From Eledone cirrhosa (taxonomy: Eukaryota): a DNA stretch of 64,000 nt. The stretch lies in NCBI GenBank assembly GCA_964016885.1, contig OZ024744.1, positions 30,504,001-30,568,000 of the forward strand, in the 5' to 3' direction. Both the position numbers and the translations under genes were made by a program. Below the pieces are notes generated by a model. The model worked only from the letters and a program-made list of their open reading frames with translations. It ran no database searches and had not been told where the DNA came from. Positions 26,161-40,900 of this stretch are shown piece by piece; within the stretch, counting starts at the first letter, position 1, and the number at the start of each line of letters is the position of its first letter.

Positions 26161-29100
26161 TCCTGATGATTTCTAAAGAATGAAACAGTTCTAGTCCTGC
26201 AGAATATCATCTATATTAACGTTTTTTGATACCCAGATTCCTGATGATTCCTAAAGAATGAAACAGTTCTAGTCCTGTAGAATCACATCTATATAAAAAA
26301 ATTTTGATACCCAGATTCCTGATGATTTCTAAAGAATGAAACAGTTCTAGTCCTGTAGAATCTCATCTATATTAAAATTTTTTGATACCCAGATTCCTGA
26401 TGATTTCAAAAGAATGAAACAGTTCTAGTCCTGTAGAATCTCATCTATATTAAACATTTTTTGATACCCAGATTCCTGATGATTTCTAAAGAATGAAACA
26501 GTTGTAGTCCTGCAGAATCTCATCTATATTAAAAGTTTTTGATACTCAGATTCCTGATGATTTCTAAAGAATGAAACAGTTCTAGTCCTGTAGAATCTCA
26601 TCTATATTAAAAATGTTTGATACCCAGATTGCTGATGATTTCTAAAGAATGAAACAGTTCTAGTCCTGTAGAATCTCATCTATATAAAAAAAAATTTTCT
26701 GCCCAGATTCCTGATGATTTCTAAAGAATGAAATAGTTCTAGTCCTGTAGAATCTCATCTATATTAAACATTTTTGATACCCAGATTCCTGATGATTTCT
26801 AAAGAATGAAACATTTCTAGTCCTGTAGAATCTGATCTATATTAAAATTTTTTGATACCCCCCAGATTCCTGATGATTTCTAAAGAACGAAACAGTTCTA
26901 GTCCTGTAGAATCTCATCTTTATAAACATTTTTTGATACCCAGATTCCTGATGATTTCTAAAGAATGAAACAGTTCTAGTCCTGTAGCATCTCATCTATA
27001 TTAAAATTTTTGATACCCAGATTCCTGATGATTTCTAAAGAATGAAACAGTTCTAGTCCTGTAGAATCTCATCTACATTAACATTTTTTGACACCCAGGT
27101 TCCTGATAATTTCTAAAGAATGAAACAGTTCAAGGCCTGTAGAATCTCATCTATATTAACATTTTTGATACCCAGATTCCTGATGATTTCTAAAGAATGA
27201 AACAGTTTAAGTCCTGTAGAATCTCATCTATATTAAAATTCTTTGATACCCCCCAGATTCCTGATGATTTCTAAAGAATGAAACAGTTCTGGTCCTGTAG
27301 AATCTCATCTATATAAACATTTTTTGATACCCAGATTCCTGATGATTTCTAAAGAATGAAACAGTTCTAGTCCTGCAGAATATCATCTATATTAACGTTT
27401 TTTGATAACCAGATTCCTGATGATTTCTAAAGAATGAAACAGTTCTAGTCCTGTAGAATCTCATCTATATTAACATTTTTGATACCCAGATTCCTGATGA
27501 TTTCTAAACAATGAAACAGTTCAAGTCCTGTAGAATCTCATCTATATTAACATTTTTTTATACCCAGATTCCTGATGATTTCTAAAGAATGAAACAGTTC
27601 TGGTCCTGTAGAATCTCATCTATATAAACATTTTTTGATACCCTGATTCCTGATGATTTCTAAAGAATGAAACAGTTCTAGTCCTGCAGAATATCATCTA
27701 TATTAACGTTTTTTGATACCCAGATTCCTGATGATTTCTAAAGAATGAAACAGTTCAAATCCTGTAGAATCTCATCTATATTAACATTTTTGATACCCAG
27801 ATTCCTGATGATTTCTAAACAATGAAATAGTTCTAGTCCTGTAGAATCTCCTCTATATTAATATTTTTTGATACCCAGATTCCTGATGATTCCTAAAGAA
27901 TGAAACAGTTCTAGTCCTGTAGAATCACATCTATATAAAAAAATTTTGATACCCAGATTCCTGATGATTTCTAAAGAATGAGACAGTTCTAGTCCAGTAG
28001 AATCTCATCTATATTAAAATTTTTTGATACCCAGATTCCTGATGATTTCTAAAGAATGAAACAGTTGTAGTCCTGCTGAATCTCATCTATATTAAAAGTT
28101 TTTGATACTCAGATTCCTGATGATTTCTAAAGAATCAAACAGTTCTAGTCCTGCAGAATCTCATCTATATTAAAAATGTTTGATACCCAGATTGCTGATG
28201 ATTTCTAAAGAATGAAACAGTTCTAGTCCTGTAGAATCTCATCTATATTAAAATTTTTTGCTACCCAGATTCCTGATGATTTCTAAAGAATGAAACAGTT
28301 CTAGTCCAGTAGAATCTCATCTATATTAAACATTTTTGATACCCAGATTCCTGATGATTTCTAAAGAATGAAACAGTTCTAGTCCTGTAGAATCTCATCT
28401 ATATTAAAATTTGTTGATACCCCCCAGATTCCTGATGATTTCTAAAGAACGAAACAGTTCTAGTCCTGTAGAATCTCATCTTTATAAACATTTTTTGATA
28501 CCCAGATTCCTGATGATTTCTAAAGAATGAAACAGTTCTAGTCCTGTAGAATGTCATCTATATTAAAATTTTTGATACCCAGATACCTGATGATTTCTAA
28601 AGAATGAAACAGTTCTAGTCCTGTAGAATCTCATCTATATTAACATTTTTTGACACCCAGGTTCCTGATAATTTCTAAAGAATGAAACAGTTCAAGTCCT
28701 GTAGAATCTCATCTATATTAACATTTTTGATACCCAGATTCCTGATGATTTCTAAAGAATGAAACAGTTTAAGTCCTTTAGAATCTCATCTCCATTAACA
28801 TTTTTTGATACCCAGATTCCTGATGATTTCTAAAGAATGAAACAGTTCTAGTCTTGTAGAATATCATCTATATTAACATTTTCTGATACCCAGATTCCTG
28901 ATGATTTCTAAAGAATGAAACAGTTCTAGTCCTGTAGAATCTCATCTATATTAACATTTTTTGATACGCAGATCCCTGATGATTTCTAAAGAATGAAACA
29001 GTTCAAGTCCTGTAGAATCTCATTTATATATTAACATTTTTTGATACGCAGATTCCTGATGATTTCTAAAGAATGAAACAGTTCTAGTCCTGTAGAATCT

Positions 29101-32100
29101 CATCTATATTAATATTTTTTGATACCCTGATTCCTGATGATTTCTAAAGAATGAAACAGTTCTAGTCCTGCAGAATATCATCTATATTAACGTTTTTTGA
29201 TAACCAGATTCCTGATGATTTCTAAAGAATGAAACAGTTCTAGACCTGTAGAATCTCATCTATATTAACATTTTTGATACCCAGATTCCTGATGATTTCT
29301 AAAGAATGAAACAGTTCTAGTCCTGTAGAATCTCATCTATATTAATATTTTTTCATACCCAGATACCTGATGATTCCTAAAGAATGAAACAGTTCTAGTC
29401 CTGTAGAATCACATCTATATTAAAAATGTTTGATACCCAGATTGCTTATGATTTCTAAAGAATGAAACAGTTCTAGTCCTGTAGAATCTCATCTATATTA
29501 AAATTTTTTGCTACCCAGATTCCTGATGATTTCTAAAGAATGAAACAGTTCTAGTCCTGTAGAATCTCATCTATATTAAAATTTTTTGATACCCCACAGA
29601 TTCCTGATGATTTCTAAAGAACGAAACAGTTCTTGTCCTGTAGAATCTCATCTTTATAAACATTTTTTGATACCCAGATTCCTGATGATTTCTAAAGAAT
29701 GAAACAGTTCTAGTCCTGTAGAATCTCATCTATATTAAAATTTTTGATACCCAGATTCCTGATGATTTCTAAAGAATGAAACAGTTCTAGTCCTGTAGAA
29801 TCTCATCTATATTAAAATTTTTGATACCCAGATTCCTGATGATTTCTACAGAATGAAACAGTTCTAGTCCTGTAGAACCTCATCTATATTAAAATTTTTT
29901 GATACCCACATTCCTGATGATTTCTAAAGAATGAAACAGTTCTAGTCCTGTAGAATCTCATCTATATTAACATTTTTTGATACCCAGATTCCTGATGATT
30001 TCTAAAGAATGAAACAGTTCTAGTCCTTTAGAATCTCATCTCTATTAACATTTTTTGATACCCAGATTCCTGATGATTTCTAAAGAATGAAACAGTTCTA
30101 GTCCTGCAGAATATCATCTATATTAACGTTTTTTGATACCCAGATTCCTGATGATTCCTAAAGAATGAAACAGTTCTACTCCTGTAGAATCACATCTATA
30201 TAAAAAAATTTTGATACCCAGATTCCTGATGATTTCTAAAGAATGAAACAGATCTAGTCCTGTAGAATCTCATCTATATTAAAATTTTTTGATACCCAGA
30301 TTCCTGATGATTTCATAAGAATGAAACAGTTCTAGTCCTGTAGAATCTCATGTATATTAAACATTTTTTGATACCCAGATTCCTGATGATTTCTAAAGAA
30401 TGAAACAGTTGTAGTCCTGCAGAATCTCATCTATATTAAAAGTTTTTGATACTCAGATTCCTGATGATTTCTAAAGAATGAAACAGTTCTAGTCCTGTAG
30501 AATCTCATCTATATTAAAAATGTTTGATACCCAGATTGCTGATGATTTCTAAAGAATGAAACAGTTCTAGTCCTGTAGAATCTCATCTATATAAAAAAAA
30601 TTTTCTGCCCAGATTCCTGATGATTTCTAAAGAATGAAATAGTTCTAGTCCTGTAGAATCTCATCTATATTAAACATTTTTGATACCCAGATTCCTGATG
30701 ATTTCTAAAGAATGAAACATTTCTAGTCCTGTAGAATCTCATCTATATTAAAATTTTTTGATACCCCCCAGATTCCTGATGATTTCTAAATAACGAAACA
30801 GTTCTAGTCCTGTAGAATCTCATCTTTATAAACATTTTTTGATACCCAGATTCCTGATGATTTCTAAAGAATGAAACAGTTCTAGTCCTGTAGCATCTCA
30901 TCTATATTAAAATTTTTGATACCCAGATTCCTGATGATTTCTAAAGAATGAAACAGTTCTAGTCCTGTAGAATCTCATCTACATTAACATTTTTTGACAC
31001 CCAGGTTCCTGATAATTTCTAAAGAATGAAACAGTTCTAGTCCTGTAGAATCTCATCTATATTAACATTTTTGATACCCAGATTCCTGATGATTTCTAAA
31101 GAATGAAACAGTTTAAGTCCTGTAGAATCTCATCTATATTAAAATTCTTTGATACCCCCCAGATTCCTGATGATTTCTAAAGAATGAAACAGTTCTGGTC
31201 CTGTAGAATCTCATCTATATAAACATTTTTTGATACCCAGATTCCTGATGATTTCTAAAGAATGAAACAGTTCTAGTCCTGCAGAATATCATCTATATTA
31301 ACGTTTTTTGATAACCAGATTCCTGATGATTTCTAAAGAATGAAACAGTTCTAGTCCTGTAGAATCTCATCTATATTAACATTTTTGATACCCAGATTCC
31401 TGATGATTTCTAAACAATGAAACAGTTCAAGTCCTGTAGAATCTCATCTATATTAACATTTTTTTATACCCAGATTCCTGATGATTTCTAAAGAATGAAA
31501 CAGTTCTGGTCCTGTAGAATCTCATCTATATAAACATTTTTTGATACCCTGATTCCTGATGATTTCTAAAGAATGAAACAGTTCTAGTCCTGCAGAATAT
31601 CATCTATATTAACGTTTTTTGATACCCAGATTCCTGATGATTTCTAAAGAATGAAACAGTTCAAGTCCTGTAGAATCTCATCTATATTAACATTTTTGAT
31701 ACCCAGATTCCTGATGATTTCTAAACAATGAAATAGTTCTAGTCCTGTAGAATCTCCTCTATATTAATATTTTTTGATACCCAGATTCCTGATGATTCCT
31801 AAAGAATGAAACAGTTCTAGTCCTGTAGAATCACATCTATATAAAAAAATTTTGATACCCAGATTCCTGATGATTTCTAAAGAATGAGACAGTTCTAGTC
31901 CAGTAGAATCTCATCTATATTAAAATTTTTTGATACCCAGATTCCTGATGATTTCTAAAGAATGAAACAGTTCTAGTCCTGTAGAATCTCATCTATATTA
32001 AAATTTTTTGATACCCAGATTCCTGATGATTTCTAAAGAATGAAACAGTTGTAGTCCTGCTGAATCTCATCTTTATTAAAAGTTTTTGATACTCAGATTC

Positions 32101-32760
32101 CTGATGATTTCTAAAGAATCAAACAGTTCTAGTCCTGCAGAATCTCATCTATATTAAAAATGTTTGATACCCAGATTGCTGATGATTTCTAAAGAATGAA
32201 ACAGTTCTAGTCCTGTAGAATCTCATCTATATTAAAATTTTTTGCTACCCAGATTCCTGATGATTTCTAAAGAATGAAACAGTTCTAGTCCAGTAGAATC
32301 TCATCTATATTAAACATTTTTGATACCCAGATTCCTGATGATTTCTAAAGAATGAAACAGTTCTAGTCCTGTAGAATCTCATCTATATTAAAATTTGTTG
32401 ATACCCCCCAGATTCCTGATGATTTCTAAAGAACGAAACAGTTCTAGTCCTGTAGAATCTCATCTTTATAAACATTTTTTGATACCCAGATTCCTGATGA
32501 TTTCTAAAGAATGAAACAGTTCTAGTCCTGTAGAATGTCATCTATATTAAAATTTTTGATACCCAGATTCCTGATGATTTCTAAAGAATGAAACAGTTCT
32601 AGTCCTGTAGAATCTCATCTATATTAACATTTTTTGACACCCAGGTTCCTGATAATTTCTAAAGAATGAAACGGTTCAAGTCCTGTAGAATCTCATCTAT
32701 ATTAACATTTTTGATACCCAGATTCCTGATGATTTCTAAAGAATGAAACAGTTTAAGTCC
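25090..32760. repeat. Near-tandem duplication, period ~3906-3984 bp (~50-51 monomers)
   Basis: TTCAAG..CATTTATATA c25097/c29004, TTCTGCCC g26701/g30607, and GTTTAAG g28767/g32751 after a one-monomer insertion. The second copy carries several additional private SNPs. Confidence 0.75.
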
Positions 32761-35700
32761 TGTAGAATCTCATCTATATTAACATTTTTTGATACCCAGA
32801 TTCCTGATGATTTCTAAAGAATGAAACAGTTCTAGTCCTGTAGAATCTCATCTATATTAATATTTTTTGATACCCTGATTCCTGATGATTTCTAAAGAAT
32901 GAAACAGTTCTAGTCCTGCAGAATATCATCTATATTAACGTTTTTTGATAACCAGATTCCTGATGATTTCTAAAGAATGAAACAGTTCTAGTCCTGTAGA
33001 ATCTCATCTATATTAACATTTTTGATACCCAGATTCCTGATGATTTCTAAACAATGAAACAGTTCTAGTCCTGTAGAATCTCATCTATATTAATATTTTT
33101 TGATACCCAGATACCTGATGATTCCTAAAGAATGAAACAGTTCTAGTCCTGTAGAATCACATCTATATTAAAAATGTTTGATACCCAGATTGCTTATGAT
33201 TTCTAAAGAATGAAACAGTTCTAGTCCTGTAGAATCTCATCTATATTAAAATTTTTTGCTACCCAGATTCCTGATGATTTCTAAAGAATGAAACAGTTCT
33301 AGTCCTGTAGAATCTCATCTATATTAACATTTTTGATACCCACATTCCTGATGATTTCTAAAGAATGAAACAGTTCTAGTCCTGTAGAATCTCATCTATA
33401 TTAACATTTTTTGATACCCAGATTCCTGATGATTTCTAAAGAATGAAACAGTTCTAGTCCTTTAGAATCTCATCTCTATTAACATTTTTTGATACCCAGA
33501 TTCCTGATGATTTCTAAAGAATGAAACAGTTCTAGTCCTGCAGAATATCATCTATATTAACGTTTTTTGATACCCAGATTCCTGATGATTCCTAAAGAAT
33601 GAAACAGTTCTAGTCCTGTAGAATCACATCTATATAAAAAAATTTTGATACCCAGATTCCTGATGATTTCTAAAGAATGAAACAGTTCTAGTCCTGTAGA
33701 ATCTCATCTATATTAAAAAAGTTTGATACCCAGATTGCTGATGATTTCTAAAGAATGAAACAGTTCTAGTCCTGTAGAATCTCATCTATATTAAACATTT
33801 TTGATACCCAGATTCCTGATGATTTCTAAAGAATGAAACATTTCTAGTCCTGTAGAATCTGATCTATATTAAAATTTTTTGATACCCCCCAGATTCCTGA
33901 TGATTTCTAAAGAACGAAACAGTTCTAGTCCTGTAGAATCTCATCTTTATAAACATTTTTTGATACCCAGATTCCTGATGATTTCTAAAGAATGAAACAG
34001 TTCTAGTCCTGTAGAATGTCATCTATATTAAAATTTTTGATACCCAGATTCCTGATGATTTCTAAAGAATGAAACAGTTCTAGTCCTGTAGAATCTCATC
34101 TATATTAACATTTTTTGACACCCAGGTTCCTGATAATTTCTAAAGAATGAAACGGTTCAAGTCCTGTAGAATCTCATCTATATTAACATTTTTGATACCC
34201 AGATTCCTGATGATTTCTAAAGAATGAAACAGTTTAAGTCCTGTAGAATCTCATCTATATTAACATTTTTTGATACCCAGATTCCTGATGATTTCTAAAG
34301 AATGAAACAGTTCTAGTCCTGTAGAATCTCATCTATATTAATATTTTTTGATACCCAGATTCCTGATGATTTCTAAAGAATGAGACAGTTCTAGTCCAGT
34401 AGAATCTCATCTATATTAAAATTTTTTGATACCCAGATTCCTGATGATTTCTAAAGAATGAAACAGTTCTAGTCCTGTAGAATCTCATCTATATTAAAAT
34501 TTTTTGATACCCAGATTCCTGATGATTTCTAAAGAATGAAACAGTTGTAGTCCTGCTGAATCTCATCTTTATTAAAAGTTTTTGATACTCAGATTCCTGA
34601 TGATTTCTAAAGAATCAAACAGTTCTAGTCCTGCAGAATCTCATCTATATTAAAAATGTTTGATACCCAGATTGCTGATGATTTCTAAAGAATGAAACAG
34701 TTCTAGTCCTGTAGAATCTCATCTATATTAAAATTTTTTGCTACCCAGATTCCTGATGATTTCTAAAGAATGAAACAGTTCTAGTCCAGTAGAATCTCAT
34801 CTATATTAAACATTTTTGATACCCAGATTCCTGATGATTTCTAAAGAATGAAACAGTTCTAGTCCTGTAGAATCTCATCTATATTAAAATTTGTTGATAC
34901 CCCCCAGATTCCTGATGATTTCTAAAGAACGAAACAGTTCTAGTCCTGTAGAATCTCATCTTTATAAACATTTTTTGATACCCAGATTCCTGATGATTTC
35001 TAAAGAATGAAACAGTTCTAGTCCTGTAGAATGTCATCTATATTAAAATTTTTGATACCCAGATTCCTGATGATTTCTAAAGAATGAAACAGTTCTAGTC
35101 CTGTAGAATCTCATCTATATTAACATTTTTTGACACCCAGGTTCCTGATAATTTCTAAAGAATGAAACGGTTCAAGTCCTGTAGAATCTCATCTATATTA
35201 ACATTTTTGATACCCAGATTCCTGATGATTTCTAAAGAATGAAACAGTTTAAGTCCTGTAGAATCTCATCTATATTAACATTTTTTGATACCCAGATTCC
35301 TGATGATTTCTAAAGAATGAAACAGTTCTAGTCCTGTAGAATCTCATCTATATTAATATTTTTTGATACCCTGATTCCTGATGATTTCTAAAGAATGAAA
35401 CAGTTCTAGTCCTGCAGAATATCATCTATATTAACGTTTTTTGATAACCAGATTCCTGATGATTTCTAAAGAATGAAACAGTTCTAGTCCTGTAGAATCT
35501 CATCTATATTAACATTTTTGATACCCAGATTCCTGATGATTTCTAAACAATGAAACAGTTCTAGTCCTGTAGAATCTCATCTATATTAATATTTTTTGAT
35601 ACCCAGATACCTGATGATTCCTAAAGAATGAAACAGTTCTAGTCCTGTAGAATCACATCTATATTAAAAATGTTTGATACCCAGATTGCTTATGATTTCT

Positions 35701-36850
35701 AAAGAATGAAACAGTTCTAGTCCTGTAGAATCTCATCTATATTAAAATTTTTTGCTACCCAGATTCCTGATGATTTCTAAAGAATGAAACAGTTCTAGTC
35801 CTGTAGAATCTCATCTATATTAACATTTTTGATACCCACATTCCTGATGATTTCTAAAGAATGAAACAGTTCTAGTCCTGTAGAATCTCATCTATATTAA
35901 CATTTTTTGATACCCAGATTCCTGATGATTTCTAAAGAATGAAACAGTTCTAGTCCTTTAGAATCTCATCTCTATTAACATTTTTTGATACCCAGATTCC
36001 TGATGATTTCTAAAGAATGAAACAGTTCTAGTCCTGCAGAATATCATCTATATTAACGTTTTTTGATACCCAGATTCCTGATGATTCCTAAAGAATGAAA
36101 CAGTTCTAGTCCTGTAGAATCACATGTATATAAAAAAATTTTGATACCCAGATTCCTGATGATTTCTAAAGAATGAAACAGTTCTAGTCCTGTAGAATCT
36201 CATCTATATTAAAAAAGTTTGATACCCAGATTGCTGATGATTTCTAAAGAATGAAACAGTTCTAGTCCTGTAGAATCTCATCTATATTAAACATTTTTGA
36301 TACCCAGATTCCTGATGATTTCTAAAGAATGAAACATTTCTAGTCCTGTAGAATCTGATCTATATTAAAATTTTTTGATACCCCCCAGATTCCTGATGAT
36401 TTCTAAAGAACGAAACAGTTCTAGTCCTGTAGAATCTCATCTTTATAAACATTTTTTGATACCCAGATTCCTGATGATTTCTAAAGAATGAAACAGTTCT
36501 AGTCCTGTAGAATGTCATCTATATTAAAATTTTTGATACCCAGATTCCTGATGATTTCTAAAGAATGAAACAGTTCTAGTCCTGTAGAATCTCATCTATA
36601 TTAACATTTTTTGACACCCAGGTTCCTGATAATTTCTAAAGAATGAAACGGTTCAAGTCCTGTAGAATCTCATCTATATTAACATTTTTGATACCCAGAT
36701 TCCTGATGATTTCTAAAGAATGAAACAGTTTAAGTCCTGTAGAATCTCATCTATATTAACATTTTTTGATACCCAGATTCCTGATGATTTCTAAAGAATG
36801 AAACAGTTCTAGTCCTGTAGAATCTCATCTATATTAATATTTTTTGATAC
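31860..36850. repeat. Tandem duplication, period 2496 bp (exactly 32 x 78)
   Basis: TGAGACAG 31885/34381, CTTTATTAAAAG 32071/34567, ACGGTTCAAG 32671/35167, AAAAAAGTTTG g33721/g36217. Confidence 0.9.
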
Positions 36851-37940
36851 CCTGATTCCTGATGATTTCTAAAGAATGAAACAGTTCTAGTCCTGCAGAA
36901 TATCATCTATATTAACGTTTTTTGATAACCAGATTCCTGATGATTTCTAAAGAATGAAACAGTTCTAGTCCTGTAGAATCTCATCTATATTAACATTTTT
37001 GATACCCAGATTCCTGATGATTTCTAAACAATGAAACAGTTCTAGTCCTGTAGAATCTCATCTATATTAATATTTTTTGATACCCAGATACCTGATGATT
37101 CCTAAAGAATGAAACAGTTCTAGTCCTGTAGAATCACATCTATATTAAAAATGTTTGATACCCAGATTGCTTATGATTTCTAAAGAATGAAACAGTTCTA
37201 GTCCTGTAGAATCTCATCTATATTAAAATTTTTTGCTACCCAGATTCCTGATGATTTCTAAAGAATGAAACAGTTCTAGTCCTGTAGAATCTCATCTATA
37301 TTAACATTTTTGATACCCACATTCCTGATGATTTCTAAAGAATGAAACAGTTCTAGTCCTGTAGAATCTCATCTATATTAACATTTTTTGATACCCAGAT
37401 TCCTGATGATTTCTAAAGAATGAAACAGTTCTAGTCCTTTAGAATCTCATCTCTATTAACATTTTTTGATACCCAGATTCCTGATGATTTCTAAAGAATG
37501 AAACAGTTCTAGTCCTGCAGAATATCATCTATATTAACGTTTTTTGATACCCAGATTCCTGATGATTCCTAAAGAATGAAACAGTTCTAGTCCTGTAGAA
37601 TCACATCTATATAAAAAAATTTTGATACCCAGATTCCTGATGATTTCTAAAGAATGAAACAGTTCTAGTCCTGTAGAATCTCATCTATATTAAAAAAGTT
37701 TGATACCCAGATTGCTGATGATTTCTAAAGAATGAAACAGTTCTAGTCCTGTAGAATCTCATCTATATTAAACATTTTTGATACCCAGATTCCTGATGAT
37801 TTCTAAAGAATGAAACATTTCTAGTCCTGTAGAATCTGATCTATATTAAAATTTTTTGATACCCCCCAGATTCCTGATGATTTCTAAAGAACGAAACAGT
37901 TCTAGTCCTGTAGAATCTCATCTTTATAAACATTTTTTGA
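34906..37940. repeat. Tandem duplication, period 1481 bp (~19 monomers), overlapping and nested with the 2496-bp unit
   Basis: AACGGTTC c32672, c34153, c35168, c36649 (spacings 1481, 1015, 1481); AAAAAAGTTTG g36217/g37698. Confidence 0.85.
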
Positions 37941-40900
37941 CACCCAGGTTCCTGATAATTTCTAAAGAATAAAACAGTTCAAGGCCTGTAGAATCTCATC
38001 TATATTAACATTTTTGATACCCAGATTCCTGATGATTTCTAAAGAATGAAACAGTTTAAGTCCTGTAGAATCTCATCTATATTAAAATTCTTTGATACCC
38101 CCCAGATTCCTGATGATTTCTAAAGAATGAGACAGTTCTAGTCCAGTAGAATCTCATCTATATTAAAATTTTTTGATACCCAGATTCCTGATGATTTCGA
38201 AAGAATGAAACAGTTCTAGTCCTGTAGAATCTCATCTATATTAAACATTTTTTGATACCCAGATTCCTGATGATTTCTAAAGAATGAAACAGTTGTAGTC
38301 CTGCTGAATCTCATCTATATTAAAAGTTTTTGATACTCAGATTCCTGATGATTTCTAAAGAATCAAACAGTTCTAGTCCTGCAGAATCTCATCTATATTA
38401 AAAATGTTTGATACCCAGATTGCTGATGATTTCTAAAGAATGAAACAGTTCTAGTCCTGTAGAATCTCATCTATATTAAAATTTTTTGCTACCCAGATTC
38501 CTGATGATTTCTAAAGAATGAAACAGTTCTAGTCCTGTAGAATCTCATCTATATTAAAATTTGTTGATACCCCCCAGATTCCTGATGATTTCTAAAGAAC
38601 GAAACAGTTCTAGTCCTGTAGAATCTCATCTTTATAAACATTTTTTGATACCCAGATTCCTGATGATTTCTAAAGAATGAAACAGTTCTAGTCCTGTAGA
38701 ATGTCATCTATATTAAAATTTTTGATACCCAGATTCCTGATGATTTCTAAAGAATGAAACAGTTCTAGTCCTGTAGAATCTCATCTATATTAACATTTTT
38801 TGACACCCAGGTTCCTGATAATTTCTAAAGAATGAAACAGTTCAAGTCCTGTAGAATCTCATCTATATTAAAATTTGTTGATACCCCCCAGATACCTGAT
38901 GATTTCTAAAGAATGAAACAGTTTAAGTCCTGTGAATCTCATCTATATTAACATTTTTTGATACCCAGATTCCTGATGATTTCTAAAGAATGAAACAGTT
39001 CTAGTCCTGTAGAATCTCATCTATATTAATATTTTTTGATACCCTGATTCCTGATGATTTCTAAAGAATGAAACAGTTCTAGTCCTGCAGAATATCATCT
39101 ATATTAACGTTTTTTGATAACCAGATTCCTGATGATTTCTAAAGAATGAAACAGTTCTAGTCCTGTAGAATCTCATCTATATTAACATTTTTGATACCCA
39201 GATTCCTGATGATTTCTAAACAATGAAACAGTTCTAGTCCTGTAGAATCTCATCTATATTAATATTTTTTGATAACCAGATACCTGATGATTCCTAAAGA
39301 ATGAAACAGTTCTAGTCCTGTAGAATCACATCTATATTAAAAATGTTTGATACCCAGATTGCTTATGATTTCTAAAGAATGAAACAGTTCTAGTCCTGTA
39401 GAATCTCATCTATATTAAAATTTTTTGCTACCCAGATTCCTGATGATTTCTAAAGAATGAAACAGTTCTAGTCCTGTAGAATCTCATCTATATTAAAATT
39501 TTTTGATAGCCCACAGATTCCTGATGATTTCTAAAGTACAAAACAGTTCTAGTCCTGTAGAATCTCATCTTTATAAACATTTTTTGATACCCAGATTCCT
39601 GATGATTTCTAAAGAATGAAACAGTTCTAGTCCTGTAGAATCTCATCTATATTAAAATTTTTGATACCCAGATTCCTGATGATTTCTAAAGAATGAAACA
39701 GTTCTAGTCCTGTAGAATCTCATCTATATTAAAATTTTTGATACCCAGATTCCTGATGATTTCTAAAGAATGAAACAGTTCTAGTCCTGTAGAACCTCAT
39801 CTATATTAAAATTTTTTGATACCCACATTCCTGATGATTTCTAAAGAATGAAACAGTTCTAGTCCTGTAGAATCTCATCTATATTAACATTTTTTGATAC
39901 CCAGATTCCTGATGATTTCTAAAGATTGAAACAGTTATAGTCCTTTAGAATCTCATCTCTATTAACATTTTTTGATACCCAGATTCCTGATGATTTCTAA
40001 AGAATGAAACAGTTCTAGTCTTGTAGAATATCATCTATATTAACATTTTCTGATACCCAGATTCCTGATGATTTCTAAAGAATGAAACAGTTCTAGTCCT
40101 GTAGAATCTCATCTATATTAACATTTTTTGATACGCAGATCCCTGATGATTTCTAAAGAATGAAACAGTTCTAGTCCTGTAGAATCTCATCTATATTAAC
40201 ATTTTTTGACAGCCACGTTCCTGATAATTTCTAAAGAATGAAACAGTTCAAGTCCTGTAGAATCTCATTTATATATTAACATTTTTTGATACGCAGATTC
40301 CTGATGATTTCTAAAGAATGAAACAGTTCTAGTCCTGTAGAATCTCATCTATATTAATATTTTTTGATACCCTGATTCCTGATGATTTCTAAAGAATGAA
40401 ACAGTTCTAGTCCTGCAGAATATCATCTATATTAACGTTTTTTGATAACCAGATTCCTGATGATTTCTAAAGAATGAAACAGTTCTAGTCCTGTAGAATC
40501 TCATCTATATTAACATTTTTGATACCCAGATTCCTGATGATTTCTAAACAATGAAACAGTTCTAGTCCTGTAGAATCTCATCTATATTAATATTTTTTGA
40601 TACCCAGATACCTGATGATTCCTAAAGAATGAAACAGTTCTAGTCCTGTAGAATCACATCTATATTAAAAATGTTTGATACCCAGATTGCTTATGATTTC
40701 TAAAGAATGAAACAGTTCTAGTCCTGTAGAATCTCATCTATATTAAAATTTTTTGCTACCCAGATTCCTGATGATTTCTAAAGAATGAAACAGTTCTAGT
40801 CCTGTAGAATCTCATCTATATTAAAATTTTTTGATACCCCACAGATTCCTGATGATTTCTAAAGAACGAAACAGTTCTAGTCCTGTAGAATCTCATCTTT

